Source: Eledone cirrhosa (taxonomy: Eukaryota). From it: DNA of 64,000 bases. Made by a program: the position numbers and the translations under genes. The stretch is from assembly GCA_964016885.1 (NCBI GenBank), contig OZ024741.1, positions 284,580,001 to 284,644,000 of the forward strand, read 5' to 3'. Below are positions 14,533 through 27,530 of this stretch, in pieces. Under the pieces are notes generated by a model, which had not been told where the DNA came from, made no database searches, and saw only the letters and a program-made list of their open reading frames with translations. The stretch's first letter is position 1, and each line of letters begins with the position of its first letter.

Positions 14533-14938
14533 GATGGAGATTTCACTGCCATTCTCAGCACTACAAACGTCCATATAGAGGCTCTGTAGTTGACTCATTA
14601 CAGCTTTAGTACATTGTTGAAGCGACAAGAAAAAAGACATTACAAGTTCACACTAAATGGTATGCGACAAAAGCTGCATATTTATTCAATTCGGCACAGA
14701 AGCAAAAATAAATGCCTGTATATATTTAGTGTGAGGGAGATTTCACTGCAATTTCCAGCACCTTAAACCATCACATAGAAGTTCGATAGAAGTTCTATAG
14801 CTGGTTTGTTATAGCTTACATTATTGAAGAAGTAAGACAAAAGATATTACAAGTTCAAACATAATGCTACGTGATACAAGCAACATATTTACTTCATCCG
14901 GAATAGAAGCAAAAAGAAATGCCAGTAGTTTATATTTG
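14533..14938. repeat. Diverged ~200-bp tandem duplication
   Basis: GGAGATTTCACTGC..TTACAAGTTCA..AGAAGCAAAAA..AAATGCC occurs twice. Confidence 0.75.
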
Positions 14939-15101
14939 GAACTTGAACGAGAACATTATTCATGATAAATCAATAAGATTGTATGTAAATTGATCCACGA
15001 TCAACTTTAATGGTATATAGTCAAGTCTACGTTTTCTTGCTCTTGTAGTGAAGAAATATTTCTGTTTCCATTTACATAGAATACAGACACAAATTCGGTA
15101 T

Positions 15102-15123
15102 AATAGTAGTAGTAGTAGTAGTA

Positions 15124-15178
<55 letters not shown>

Positions 15179-15186
15179 CAGTAGTG

Positions 15187-15223
<37 letters not shown>

Positions 15224-15310
15224 ATGTAGTAGTAGTAGTAGCAGTAGCAGCAGCAGTAACAGTAGCAGCAGCAGCAGTGGCAGTGGTGGTTGTGATGGTG
15301 GTGGTGGTTG
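15102..15310. repeat. (TAG)n/(CAG)n/(GGT)n trinucleotide microsatellite
   Basis: Direct inspection. Confidence 0.95.
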
Positions 15311-15486
15311 GAGTAAAGATTAACCAATGACTTCACAGAAGGGGAAATCTGAGCGAATGGAGAAATATCTTTGTTATAGCTTGACCTGCTAGAAACGACA
15401 ACCTTATTTTATATATATCACACCCATACTATATTATAATACAAAAAGAAGTATACATTGAATAGTGTAGTCCTATATATAAGAGT

Positions 15487-15800
15487 GAAGGTGTGTGGCA
15501 TAGTAGTTAGGGTGTTCAAATGACGATCGTAATTTTCTAAGTTCAATTCTTGGACTGGGTTCCTTGGGGAAGAAGCTTCATTTAATGTTGCTCCAATCCT
15601 CTCAGCTGGCAAAATTAAGTTGTACCTCTAATTTAAAGGGACAGCAATGTTGCACATTGTGTCACTCTGAATCTTTCTGAGAAGTACGTTAAGGGTATAA
15701 AAGTCTGTGGAATGCTCAGTCACTCACAGGTTAATTTTACAAGCAGATTGTTCAGTTGATTGAATCAACTGAAATACTTGTCGAAAACGACAGAGGTCCA
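15487..15800 (+). mobile_element. tRNA-derived SINE, family B
   Basis: Head TGGCATAGTAGTTAGGG..GTTCAATTC and a body shared with the copies at 20668, 26555 and 43972. Confidence 0.7.
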
Positions 15801-16258
15801 ACATTCACACGTACAAGAGTGAATGCAACGGTGGAATAATTAAGTCGTTCGCTTCACAATCGCTAGGTCACGCTGATTCGATCTCACTGGGTAAATATTT
15901 CGACCCTAGTTTTGAGAGTGAACTGAGTACTCAAACAATTTGGTAGCCTGTTGGATGAACTACACTGATAATTCAAAGGGCCAGCCTTGTGACACAGTGT
16001 CATATCTTGTCTCCTCGGGGATTACGTTACGAGAATTACGTGTAGGTTGCTTAATACCCACCAAAGCAGGATAAGCTCCAAGAATCATCTGACCGATAGG
16101 AAAAGATTATTCTACGTAGGCTAAGCATTGTAGAACATTAATAGATATCAGCAGGCAGGAGTTGTAGGAAAATCGGCGCTCATCTATTTCAGGACTTGTA
16201 TTCGAAATGTAATCAGAGTAAGTGAAAGGCAAATTCAATATGACGAAATGAATTAATT

Positions 16259-16398
16259 CATTGTTTTACGATCGTTTCAGAGGGCAAAAGAAAGAAAATA
16301 TTTATCGATATATTGACTAACCGACAGCAGTTATGCATCTCCATACTCTGTAGCCTCGAAAAATACATCCATTCCGCTGTCCATCTTCAGAAACAATG
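16259..16398 (-). ncRNA. Type I hammerhead motif with ~105-nt stem II region; decayed inverted copy at ~16400-16460
   Basis: CATTGTTT-CTGAAGA-[105 nt]-GAAA-CGATCG-TA-AAACAATG: perfect 8-bp stem I and palindromic stem III. Confidence 0.7.
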
Positions 16399-16747
16399 TT
16401 TCTGATAGTCAATACACTTTTGTTTCTTTTGTCCCCCGAAACAACCCTAAAACAATGGATTAACTAATTACTAAACCTTATCTTATTTTGTTTCCTTATT
16501 TAAGATTATATATCTGACATTGTAGTTTTTGAATTTTCAACGACAGGTAATATGATACGAATCTTCACACTCAAAAAAATCGCTTTACTTCGATGGGATG
16601 TTCACATTAACAGTACACCGTGTTGTAATAGGGTTATAAGTCCTACCTGAATTGTGTATAAATTTAGTGAAAACATAAACACACACACATATATATCTAT
16701 CTCTCTATATATATATATACAGACACACCCACACTCACACATACACA

Positions 16748-16817
<70 letters not shown>

Positions 16818-17197
16818 CACACACACAGAGCCACACAGAGACACTCCTTCCTATATTTATATATGAAAGATAGATATATTGAAAGACGAACAAATAGGCA
16901 ATTAAGTTAATCTTTCAAGTTTTTTTGTAATATTCTTTGCATAATTCCGTTGAAATTCCGGTTTTATATTCATAGCTTATAGAACTATTTAACTTGATTA
17001 ATATTTATCAATGTAAATATCCCACCAAGGTTAGCTTTGCCTTTCATCCTTACAGGGTTGATAAAATGACGCACGAGTAATGAACTGGAGTAATTGATGA
17101 CCTTGTGCCGAAAGTAGAAACAATATTTACTAATGTAAATAACTAAAATATTCTCGTCTGCATAATCCCATTGTATCTTAGATAATAATGTAATAAT

Positions 17198-17326
17198 CGG
17201 CGAATTGGCAGAGTCGTTAGAACTTTTGCAGTATTCCTTCTGGCTCTTTGCGCGCTCTAAGTTCAAATACCACCGAGATCAACTTAACCTTTCATATTTT
17301 CGAGGTCGATAGAAAAAAATACCAGT
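17198..17326 (+). mobile_element. SINE family A (5' part)
   Basis: GGCGAATTGGCAGAGTCGTTAG head and core. Confidence 0.65.
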
Positions 17327-18981
17327 TGTGTCTTCTATATTTCTTTCTCACTTTCTCTCTATCATTCTCTTTTCTGGTATGGACGTTATTGCCTGTGTTC
17401 AGACATGAAAAGGGATGGAATCCAACAGATTCAAAATGCCCAAGACATGCAGCATGTTACTCGGCATCACTACGATTCCATGAAGAGTTACAGGTTCATA
17501 CCTACATCTTAGTTTATTTAGTGGATATTGTCTAGGTTCTATTTTATTTCTTTCGTTCTGGAATATATTTTACCTTAATGCATTTATTTCTATTTTGCAA
17601 CAAATTATGGAGATCACTATTTTTGTTTCATTCTCTATAAATCCGTAGCTTTCTTGGTTGATGAAAAATCCATATAATTACAATTTTGAATCATTAGATT
17701 CCATTAATTATTGTTTTATAATTTTCCATCGCATTTCATCTAAGAATCAATTATATAAAAATTCAAATGAGAACGTTGTCAATTTAACGGGAACATAACA
17801 TATAATTTATTTTTTACAGTAGAAAATACAGGACAACGTTTTTCCAGAATGAGTAGTATTGCGTGTGTGAACAACATATTTCGGAGTTGCATTAATAAGA
17901 TCTGAAAAGGTTAACCTAAAATCCCATCGTGACGTGAATCATACAAAAGAAATAATAAAAAATACATACAAAAAAGTAGCCAACTAATTACATATTAGCT
18001 GGAAGCTACATTTCTTTTAAAACAACTTTGATTTCATGCACAAAATAAAAATCTTCCTGGTGAATACTTTTTACTAATATAATTGTGATGAGTTGACAGA
18101 AAAAGCAGAAGCAGTGGATAACATGTTTTAGACTATTTTAATTTCGTTCTGTAACTGTAAATTGAAATCACACCGAGTCACTTAATCTCCCCTTTATCTG
18201 TTGTCAACAACAGAAGAGCCATTATTATACTGATTTAATAGGTTGTATTCCCACTCAATTTTATTGAGTGGGAATACGCAAGAAGAAAAAATCAATAAAA
18301 ATTTATTATAACTGTGACAAATATTTTCAGTATAATCAAAATGATATGAATTATAAAATGGTAGAGAAATTTCATTGAACATTAAATGATTGGCGATGTG
18401 AGATTGTTTGCCAGCTCTAGCTAGCATTCTGTGTTATGTAGTTCCTTTGATACCAAATCACAGGAAATAGCCCTGCTTTTATGTTATGAAGCTGTTTATC
18501 TTAAAGTATTAATATTTATGTAAAAACCTTACAAACATCAACTTAATAATTATTTCTAACATTGTTACAAGGCTAACAATTTGAGACAAGCCCCAGTAAT
18601 GAACTTGTACTTTATTTTATCGACCCGGAAATGATAAAAAAACAAAGTTGGTCTAGGAAGGATTTGAAGAAGAAGAAGAAGAAGAAGAAGAAGAAGAAGA
18701 AGAAGAAGAAGAAGAATAGTTTACGGAAGCGTATAATGTCAGTGACAGGAAAAATCTTATCTCGTGTCAAATACAGTAATGTATATATATTCTATATTAC
18801 AATGCGTTTTGCTCGCTAGCTAGATAATATTACTTGTACTCTGTATACAGATATATAAATACGTACATACATGCACACATACATACACACATACATATAC
18901 ACATACACACATTCATACACACATACATACATACATACATAAATACATAAACATATATATATACACATACACACATCCATC

Positions 18982-19027
<46 letters not shown>

Positions 19028-19961
19028 GTCCAAAAAATATATGTATGACATATGTATGTATACACATGTGTAGATACATACATAGTTCAAATAATATATA
19101 ATATACGTAAGTACCTACATGCATTCATGCATACATAATTACATAAGTATATACATAAATTCATAGATACATAAATACCTACATACATAAATACCTACAT
19201 ACATAGATACCTACATACATACATATACTTATATATATTTTATTCATTCTTTCTCTTTCCCTTCCCATCTTCTCTAAAAGCATAATCTACTATACGAATA
19301 TTATAACCCGTATGGTTTTGTCGTATCAAACAGGCCAGCTTTACAACACTCGTTGAAGTGTAAAATAGGCAAAATAGAAAAAACATAAAAAAACACCTCC
19401 TTACTACGCGCGACACATAACGTAACAAAAGATTGTGCTGAGTAATGCTGTACAAAATAAATGTATAACTCTGTTTTCAATAGACTTTAGAAAGTAATAA
19501 ATTCTATAACATTACAGATAATACATGGTGGAAATTCCTCCGATCGTTTCTGTTAAGAAAAAATTGGTATATTATTTATGTTTCAGTGTTAACAAGAAAA
19601 TAAGATGTTTTGTTAAAGAAGAAAGTAATAGAAATATATTTAAGAGGGGAAACGTTGTATGGTATGAACTCGTTTAGAATCCATCCTTCAGAATATATTT
19701 AAAATGTTGAAGGTCATGATAAAAAAACACAACACAGCCGTGGATAAGGATCGGTATTATATTTACGGTTAATTTTGCCTGAAAAAGCAATACAGATTTA
19801 TTGAAGAATATAAACATCCTGAAATAAATATTGCATGGAAAAATTATCAAACTCAATGTGGTTAGTACATGGAAGCTCTGGTTTTATTTTCTTGTGTATC
19901 TGCAATATATTCACTTCAAATCTTTGCTAATGTTTATTAAAATAACAATAATCTTGCAACG

Positions 19962-20093
19962 AGGCGGTGAATTGGCAGAGTCGTTAGAACGTCAGATAGA
20001 ATACTTTGCTGTATTCGTTCCGGTTATTAGCGCTCTGCGTACAAATACCGCGAAGGTCAACTTTGCTTTTCAGGATTTCGAAGTCGATAAATA
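19962..20093 (+). mobile_element. SINE family A (5' part)
   Basis: GGCGGTGAATTGGCAGAGTCGTTAG head and core. Confidence 0.7.
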
Positions 20094-20667
20094 AACTATA
20101 TCTAACTTTCACTTTCTTACTCCGGAAGAAATCTTCTGTATTCAGACCTAGAGCTGGAGAGATTCCGCCAGGTTTAAATGTCCAAGGCAAACCGTATATA
20201 ATAACGGTGACCCTATGAATCCACCAGGAGTTATTGGCCCATGGATAGAATCTTACTCTTCATTGCACTTTCCTGATATTACATCCATCTCTACTATTAG
20301 CTTCGTCATACATAACTAAAATATCTATAAAAAAACATAAATGAATATATTTCTATTAATATATACGCAGCTGAACACACACACACACACACACACGAAC
20401 ACACACACATATATATATATATATAAAGAGAGAGAGAGAGAGAGAGTCGCTGAAAACTGCTCCGAGTTTTTTTTGCATATGTCATTCAGTACTTTAGAAC
20501 TTACTGGATGTACACAAGCATATATACAGAAACTTACATATTACGATAATAGATGCTGTTCCAGCTTTCATTTTGTGATTGGTAAATAGAGAATAATGAA
20601 GGAATCGAACGGGGTATTCTGAAGTGTCACTTCCGAAGAAAATTCGCCGGCACAAAATGTATTTGTA

Positions 20668-20980
20668 TGAAGGCAGGTGGCTTAAGGGTCAAGGTTTTCA
20701 TTCTCACCGTCGGGGTATGATGAGTTCGATTCCCGGTGGCATGCTATATCCTTGTTTAAGACATTTATTTCATGTTGCTTCACTCCAATCAGCTGAGAAA
20801 AATAAGTTGTACTTGTAATTTAAAAAGCCAACCATTGTGGCACGCTGGATCTACCTGAAAACTAAGTTGTGGGTCCACATATCTGTATAATTTTCAGCTA
20901 CTTGCACGTTAATTTCACGGTTAAGCTGTTCTGCTGATCGAACTAATGGAACAGTGGTCATCGGAATCAACGGATGACCA
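20668..20980 (+). mobile_element. SINE family B
   Basis: TGGCTTAAGGG..GAGTTCGATTCCC head; shared body. Confidence 0.65.
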
Positions 20981-21639
20981 ACAGTTGAACACTGTGAGCC
21001 GGATAAAATACCGTAAAATATTCCATCCGACACTTTAACAATTCCGGTAATTCACAGCCTCTGGGCTAGAAGGATAAAAGTAAAAATTCATCTCAGTAGG
21101 AGTTCAACATAGTGCGCAGTGAGCCAGAAAAACTACCCAGACATTTAATCCACCGATCATTTAATTCACGACTGCGTTAATTCATTCAAAAATAATATTA
21201 ATCCGAGAAATATTTTAAATAGAAATGTCTCTAGAAAGGCAATCGATATTTTATTCTTTTACGTGTTTCAGTCATTAGACTGCGGTCATGCTACAGAACC
21301 AACTAAGAGGATCTGTAGTCGATGATATCAACCCAGGACTTATTTCTTTCAAGCCTGATACATATTTTAATGACCTTGTTTTGATGAAACACAAAGTTAC
21401 AGAACATAAAGACAAACACACACAAGCATACATATATACATACTCGTATATACATATACTCGGCGGGCTTCTGCAGTTTCCGTTGACCAAATTCCACCGA
21501 TATGGTATTGGGTAAATGGAGACTACAGTAGAAGTCACTTGCTTCAAGCGCCGTGAAGAGGAACTGAACACCGAAACACATGGATGTGATTCGAACTCCT
21601 TAACAGCTACACAGCCATGCCTGCGTCTGTAGTAGATTA

Positions 21640-21945
21640 AGTAGAAATATTTCGGTGGTAAAGGCGTCAATGTTTTTACTATCTCAGTTATAACAGCAAA
21701 ACCAACACCTGAAGAGCGTATCGCATCTTTTTCCCTGACCAGAAGAATGTATAACCATCCCCTTTTCTCATGATTCTATCAATCACCAGGACGTCGAGTT
21801 TCATTTAATGCTGTTGTGTCTAGATATTTAAGATCTTTGCAACAAAAACTGTTTTCCTTTCTAATGAGTCTACGAATGTTCGGACATTCCAAGAACCAAA
21901 ATTTAATATTACATGCTGAACTGCCATCTGTGCAGAGTGCCAACT
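21640..21945 (-). mobile_element. RTE-clade LINE fragment (APE endonuclease N-terminus)
   Basis: Minus strand FGSWNVRTFVD..GDGYTFFWSGK..SSGVGFAV with frameshifts; homologous to 62030-62260. Confidence 0.75.
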
Positions 21946-22514
21946 AAGGAATACAACTAGTATCCCTACCTCTCTCCGTGCTGTTATTCCATTGCCAGTG
22001 GACGTTTGGTAAAATAAAAAAATATCTTATACATATAATGTATATATACATATATAGATACTTTTCAGGATGATTCTGCTCTGTCTCGCACACACACACA
22101 CACTCACACACACACTCTCTCTCTGGAATGAATTGGAATCCAGCAGTAGAAATCCGCCTAACAAATGAAGGGTTAGGAGGAATCTTCAACTGATTTAAAG
22201 ACATTATATATATATAAAGCCCCGGAAAAACCCCCCAGTTGATGGATGTGAATCCGAAATATATAGGGACAATTAAATCTCTCCCAACGTATCTTTCTCT
22301 CGTGTTGTTATTTTTATTTTATCCTTTATACTCTTTCCTTCATTCCTCTACACGTCTTATACACACCACGCATCTCAACGTACACCCACTTACATCTCTC
22401 TCTCCACCACCGGATCTTGTTACCCGGAGATTTACCCATTTGCATTGTCGAGGCTTCCAAACGACTTAAAGATATTTACCTATTATTCCACAATGCTTCA
22501 AGCAAACTTCAATA

Positions 22515-22593
<79 letters not shown>

Positions 22594-23329
22594 TTTTATA
22601 TATAATTATATAATTATATATATATATTATATGTATTTTATATATATATATATAATTATATATATATATATTATATATATATATTATATATATATATATT
22701 ATATATATATATTATATATATATTATATATATATTATATATATATATTATATATATATTATATATATATATATATATATACATTATGAAGAGAGAAGAAA
22801 CATTTAGATATAATTAGTAATAAAATTTAGGAGCAGTTTAGGTATGATACATTTTATTACTAATTATATCTAAATGTTTCTTCTCTCTTCATAATGTATT
22901 TTTAACTCTGATACTGGTTCAGTCTAGTTCAACTGAATTGGGCTGTCCCAGTCATTCATTGAGCAACATCGGTGAAGTTGGCACCCTTAACTCACAGTTG
23001 GGTGCGGATGCATTCATGTATATATGTGTGTGTCCGCATGTATCTGTGTGTTTCTAAATATATTGTTAATAACTCCCTCTGGTCGAGCAATCTTTGAGGT
23101 GTGGGGACAGCTGGAAAGCTTCCATTACTCATACTTCTCGCCTTCTTCACCACCTCTTCTACGGCCTCGATATAAATACCCCCTCCGCCTCCGTGGTATT
23201 TTCTTCGGGGTTATAAGAGGCTTAGCTCTGTTTCTCGACCGTTATATCGCGTGACTATCTCCCCCTCCGCCTTTTGGGATTCTTTCTCACGTCGTGTAGA
23301 CGCGTTCTTGAGACTAGTAAAATGAGGTA

Positions 23330-23419
23330 TCCTCTTGATAAGTCGGCAGACCTCGCAAGGACTCTATATCTTTATGATATATTGTTTTTGTTTATGCCAC
23401 GAAACTACGTAGTCGAGGA
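23330..23419 (+). ncRNA. Type I hammerhead ribozyme, U3-A8 core variant
   Basis: TCCTC-TTGATAA-GTcGGCA..TGCCAC-GAAA-CTACGTAG-TC-GAGGA; predicted GUC cleavage after 23414. Confidence 0.8.
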
Positions 23420-23924
23420 ATTTAGGAGCAGTTTAGGTATGATACATTTTATTACTAATTATATCTAAATGTTTCTTCTCTCTTCATAATGTATTTTTAA
23501 CTCTGATACTGGTTCAGTCTAGTTCAACTGAATTGGGCTGTCCCAGTCATTCATTGAGCAACATCGGTGAAGTTGGCACCCTTAACTCACAGTTGGGTGC
23601 GGATGCATTCATGTATATATGTGTGTGTCCGCATGTATCTGTGTGTTTCTAAATATATTGTTAATAACTCCCTCTGGTCGAGCAATCTTTGAGGTGTGGG
23701 GACAGCTGGAAAGCTTCCATTACTCATACTTCTCGCCTTCTTCACCACCTCTTCTACGGCCTCGATATAAATACCCCCTCCGCCTCCGTGGTATTTTCTT
23801 CGGGGTTATAAGAGGCTTAGCTCTGTTTCTCGACCGTTATATCGCGTGACTATCTCCCCCTCCGCCTTTTGGGATTCTTTCTCACGTCGTGTAGACGCGT
23901 TCTTGAGACTAGTAAAATGAGGTA

Positions 23925-24014
23925 TCCTCTTGATAAGTCGGCAGACCTCGCAAGGACTCTATATCTTTATGATATATTGTTTTTGTTTATGCCACGAAAC
24001 TACGTAGTCGAGGA
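23925..24014 (+). ncRNA. Type I hammerhead ribozyme, U3-A8 core variant (second unit)
   Basis: Identical to 23330-23419. Confidence 0.8.
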
Positions 24015-24244
24015 ATTTAGGAGCAGTTTAGGTATGATACATTTTATTACTAATTATATCTAAATGTTTCTTCTCTCTTCATAATGTATTTTTAACTCTG
24101 ATACTGGTTCAGTCTAGTTCAACTGAATTGGGCTGTCCCAGTCATTCATTGAGCAACATCGGTGAAGTTGGCACCCTTAACTCACAGTTGGGTGCGGATG
24201 CATTCATGTATATATGTGTGTGTCCGCATGTATCTGTGTGTTTC

Positions 24245-24325
<81 letters not shown>

Positions 24326-24329
24326 TATA

Positions 24330-24607
24330 TTTATTAAAATAGATTAAAGTTTAAGCAAAGAATCGCTGCTTTCACCCTTAACGGGATCTTCTGAAACTAA
24401 AAAAATCAATCTGTGAACGCAAAAGTAAATATTTCAAAAAACGTTGCAACCGAAGGAAGACAGGAAGACGATACTTTGGTTCGTGGAAACGTTCCCTGGC
24501 AAAGAACGGATAAAGACAAAGATAATACGTCATAATTTGAAGCGGTGAAAACAATTACACGCAAAGACAAAACCACGTTTATGGTATAAGTGAAGTCGTA
24601 GACTAAT
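24330..24607 (-). mobile_element. TA-flanked PLE-like 3' fragment (family shared with 57103-57600)
   Basis: Reverse-complement homology to 57240-57525. Confidence 0.8.
24348..24398 (-). ncRNA. Hammerhead-like motif with CAGAAGA (U4A) core
   Basis: AGTTT-CAGAAGA-tCCC gttaa GGGt-GAAA-GCA gcgattctt TGC-TT-AAACT. Confidence 0.55.
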
Positions 24608-24732
24608 ATATATATATATGTTTGTGTTTCAGGTTTGTGTACTTAATTAAGTTCAGTAAAAATGCACCGAATCAAGAAATAATTACTGATTGCGATGTCA
24701 AAATAATATTTATTATTAATCGTGCATTAATA

Positions 24733-25460
24733 GAGGCGTTAGAGCTTCGGGAAAATGTTTATCAGTATTTGTTCTATCTCTTTACTTTCTTAGTTCAAAT
24801 CCCACTGAAGTTAGATTTGCCTTTCATGCTAGTGAATACTGGGGCCGATATAATAGACGTCTCCTCCCCTCAAATTGCAGTCCTTATACCTAGATTAGAA
24901 ATAATTATTAATAATTTCTATAAGGGCAGTGGATTGGCAGTATCTGTAGAGGGTAGGATGCCTTGCTTTCCAACACAGAGTTATATCCCTTTACGGCCTC
25001 AGTTCAAATCCCGCTGAGGTTAACTTTGACTTTCATCCTTACGGGGTCGATAAAATAAAGTACCAGTCACGCACTGGGCTCGATTTAATCGACTTTCCCC
25101 TTCCCCAAAATTGCTGGCCTTGTGCCTATATAAGAAACCATTATTAATAATTTCTAAGGGGCGGTGGATTGGCAGTATCAGTAGATCGTCAGACGACATG
25201 CTTTGCGAAATATAGTCACGGATGCCATGCTTTCCAGCATAGAGTTATGTCCCTTTACGCTCTGAGTTCAAATCCCACTGAGGTTAGTTTTGCCTTTCAT
25301 CCTTACGGGGTCGATAAAATAAAGAACCAGTAACGTTCTGGGGTCAATTTAATCGACATTTCTCTCCTCAAATTGTTGGCCTTTTGCCTAAATCAGAAAC
25401 CGTTATTAATAACTTCTAACTGCTGGCCTTGTGCCAAAAGTAGAAACAATTATTAATAAC
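24733..25460 (+). mobile_element. Head-to-tail cluster of three SINE family A copies plus an extra tail
   Basis: Heads near 24733, 24924 and 25158; each copy ends in AGAAA..ATTATTAATAA. Confidence 0.85.
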
Positions 25461-26299
25461 TTCTATCAATATTTTAAGAGCAGCATAAACAAATATTTGC
25501 ATATGCGTTACTTATGCTTTCGTTTTAATATCTTTCAAAGAATTATGATTCACCTCTAGCAAATGTGAAATATATGTTTCAGCCAGGTTTAACAATCTGA
25601 TAGACTTGCTTTAGTATAATGTGCCATATGTCAGTGCGTTACATGTGTTTTTTTTGTTTTCATGTATCTTCAATATCTGTATACCCCTGCTTGCAGAAAT
25701 ACAGAGCTATAAGATGGATGGTTGTCGAAAGCTAAGTGCAGTCCACGATACTACACCATAGAAAGCCGAAAAATTCATAATTGTCAAAACTAAAAAAATC
25801 TCAAAATCATATTTCCTATAAGTCATAGAATGAAGATAACTCGTGAATTTGACGCGTACTCATTTTATTTTTGAATTTGATAAGATGAGGATTAAAGATG
25901 CATCACCTAGAATAGGTTTAATCTTAGGCTAAGCGATCCCTGAAAAAGTGCTCTGAATTATTTTGGATTAGAATACCGACTAGAGAACACAAGACTCACT
26001 TAGCTGAACGTAATTTTTTGCGTGACAGTAACAAGGAGTCAAACTCAGACAGATAGAATATTCAGACATCGAGGTCGAGGGGACTGTGCGTGTGTGTGTA
26101 TTCGTGTATATACGTGCATACATAGTATGTGTATTGCAGACTTACTTAAAAAAGTCAGTGTGTCTGGCATACAGTTATTCCATTTCATCCTCAACATTTT
26201 TCATTTGAGTTTGCTGTCTGGTAGTAAAACATCTGTAAGTGACTGTATTCGATATTAATGTCTATTTATTTTTCTATATTAAGTGTTCAGTATTATTAG

Positions 26300-26545
26300 A
26301 AATAATTTTTTTCATCGAACAAATGGCAACCCTGATCTAAATATATCGCCAGGTATCGTGGTTTTGTCAGTTTATTAAAAATGTCATAGTATTTTATCAT
26401 ATTACTGTATTCGTTTTTACATATTTTCTCATTACTTATTTGATATCATGGCTCTCCGACGAGACATTGCATAGCTATGTGGCCCGCCGACGATACACTG
26501 CATAGCTATGTGACCCGCACACCTCAAAAGGCTGCCAACCCCTGG
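26300..26545. mobile_element. Possible hAT-type DNA transposon end
   Basis: Repeated TGTGGCCCGC-like subterminal motifs followed by AAAAGGCTGCCAACCCCTG. Confidence 0.45.
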
Positions 26546-26554
26546 CCTGGAAAT

Positions 26555-26830
26555 TATGTATGCTTACGATGTCGTATGGTCATGGGTCCGATTCCCGGAA
26601 CGGCAAAGCGTTGAGTCCTTGAGACATTTTATTTCTGCTTGCTTCAGTTCACTCAACTGGCAAAAACGAGTACCTGTAGTTCGAGGATCCAGTCACGCTG
26701 GACAACACATTGTCACGCTGAGTCTCCAAGAGAATTATGTTAACGGTGCACGTTTCTATGGAATGTCCGGCCATGAACACGTTAATTTCACGGTCAGGCA
26801 GTTCTGTTATTAGGATCTCACCTAGAACTC
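26555..26830 (+). mobile_element. SINE family B
   Basis: GGGTCCGATTCCC B box and shared body. Confidence 0.6.
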
Positions 26831-27119
26831 AACGACAGAAATGACAGAGGTCAAATAGCAAGAGATAGGATTAACAAAATTTCAGGAACATTTTCACAAA
26901 AAAAATGAAGAAATGTAACTAAAAACAGCAAGACATTCTGGTCAGTAACCTAGTCCTTCCTGCCAGTTCCTCTTCATTAGCAAGCTCACAAGCATAACAA
27001 AACAACATTAATATGTTTATTTATAATTATCAGTGTTTGTCACATTAAATATATTTTTTTCCATGTTTACATAGAATTTTGAAAACTTGGCAGATAATTC
27101 TATGAAAATCTCGATAGTA

Positions 27120-27530
27120 AACAGTAACGTACTATATCGAACTATAGTACGAAATGTTCTCAGTAACATGTCTGATTGGTTTTCCATGCCTATAATTTGA
27201 TATGTCTAATATGTGCACACTTCCCAATTGTCCCATCAACAACGCAGAAGTGTGCATGAGTGCGTATGTGGACTACAAGGTCACATGTAAAAAATATAAC
27301 TCCCCGTACATTGGAAGTACCGTCCGGATGCTACACATACGGATCAAGGAGCATATGACGACGATAGCTTCTTCTGTAAAAAAAAGACAAAACATCTTGA
27401 CAGATGCCACAGACGAGACATTTAGGTCACCATAGAATTTGGAAAGGAATGTGGGAAATTTAAGAAACAAGGAAGCCATAATCAACAAGAAAAATCTACA
27501 GATGAATAATAAATTTGAAATGCACTAAAC
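27120..27530 (+). pseudogene. PLE GIY-YIG endonuclease remnant (second PLE lineage)
   Basis: CTLPNCPINNAEVC..DYKVTCKKYNSPYIGSTVRMLHIRIKEH, followed by LRNKEAII. Confidence 0.8.

Larger units (their letters stand above)
22781..24253 (+). mobile_element. 595-bp tandem repeat (~2.4 units) with one HHR per unit, preceded by a 46-bp inverted copy; retrozyme-like or PLE pseudo-LTR array
   Basis: Units offset by exactly 595 (23024/23619; 23330/23925). Inverted arms 22781-22826 / 22851-22896. TA-rich microsatellite on both sides. No credible ORF. Confidence 0.9.

Noticed and set aside
15007-15336. Poly-Ser and poly-Tyr ORFs
   Set aside because: (TAG)n microsatellite with no splice or start context.
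19534-19700. Minus-strand CTGAAGG..GAAACGATCG resembling the 16259 motif
   Set aside because: Core and cleavage triplet are mutated and stem I does not pair convincingly.
22824-24253. Duplicated 76-aa and 64-aa ORFs in the 595-bp repeat; also considered as a CRISPR-like array
   Set aside because: No recognisable motif in the ORFs. The units are identical with no unique spacers, and the context is eukaryotic.
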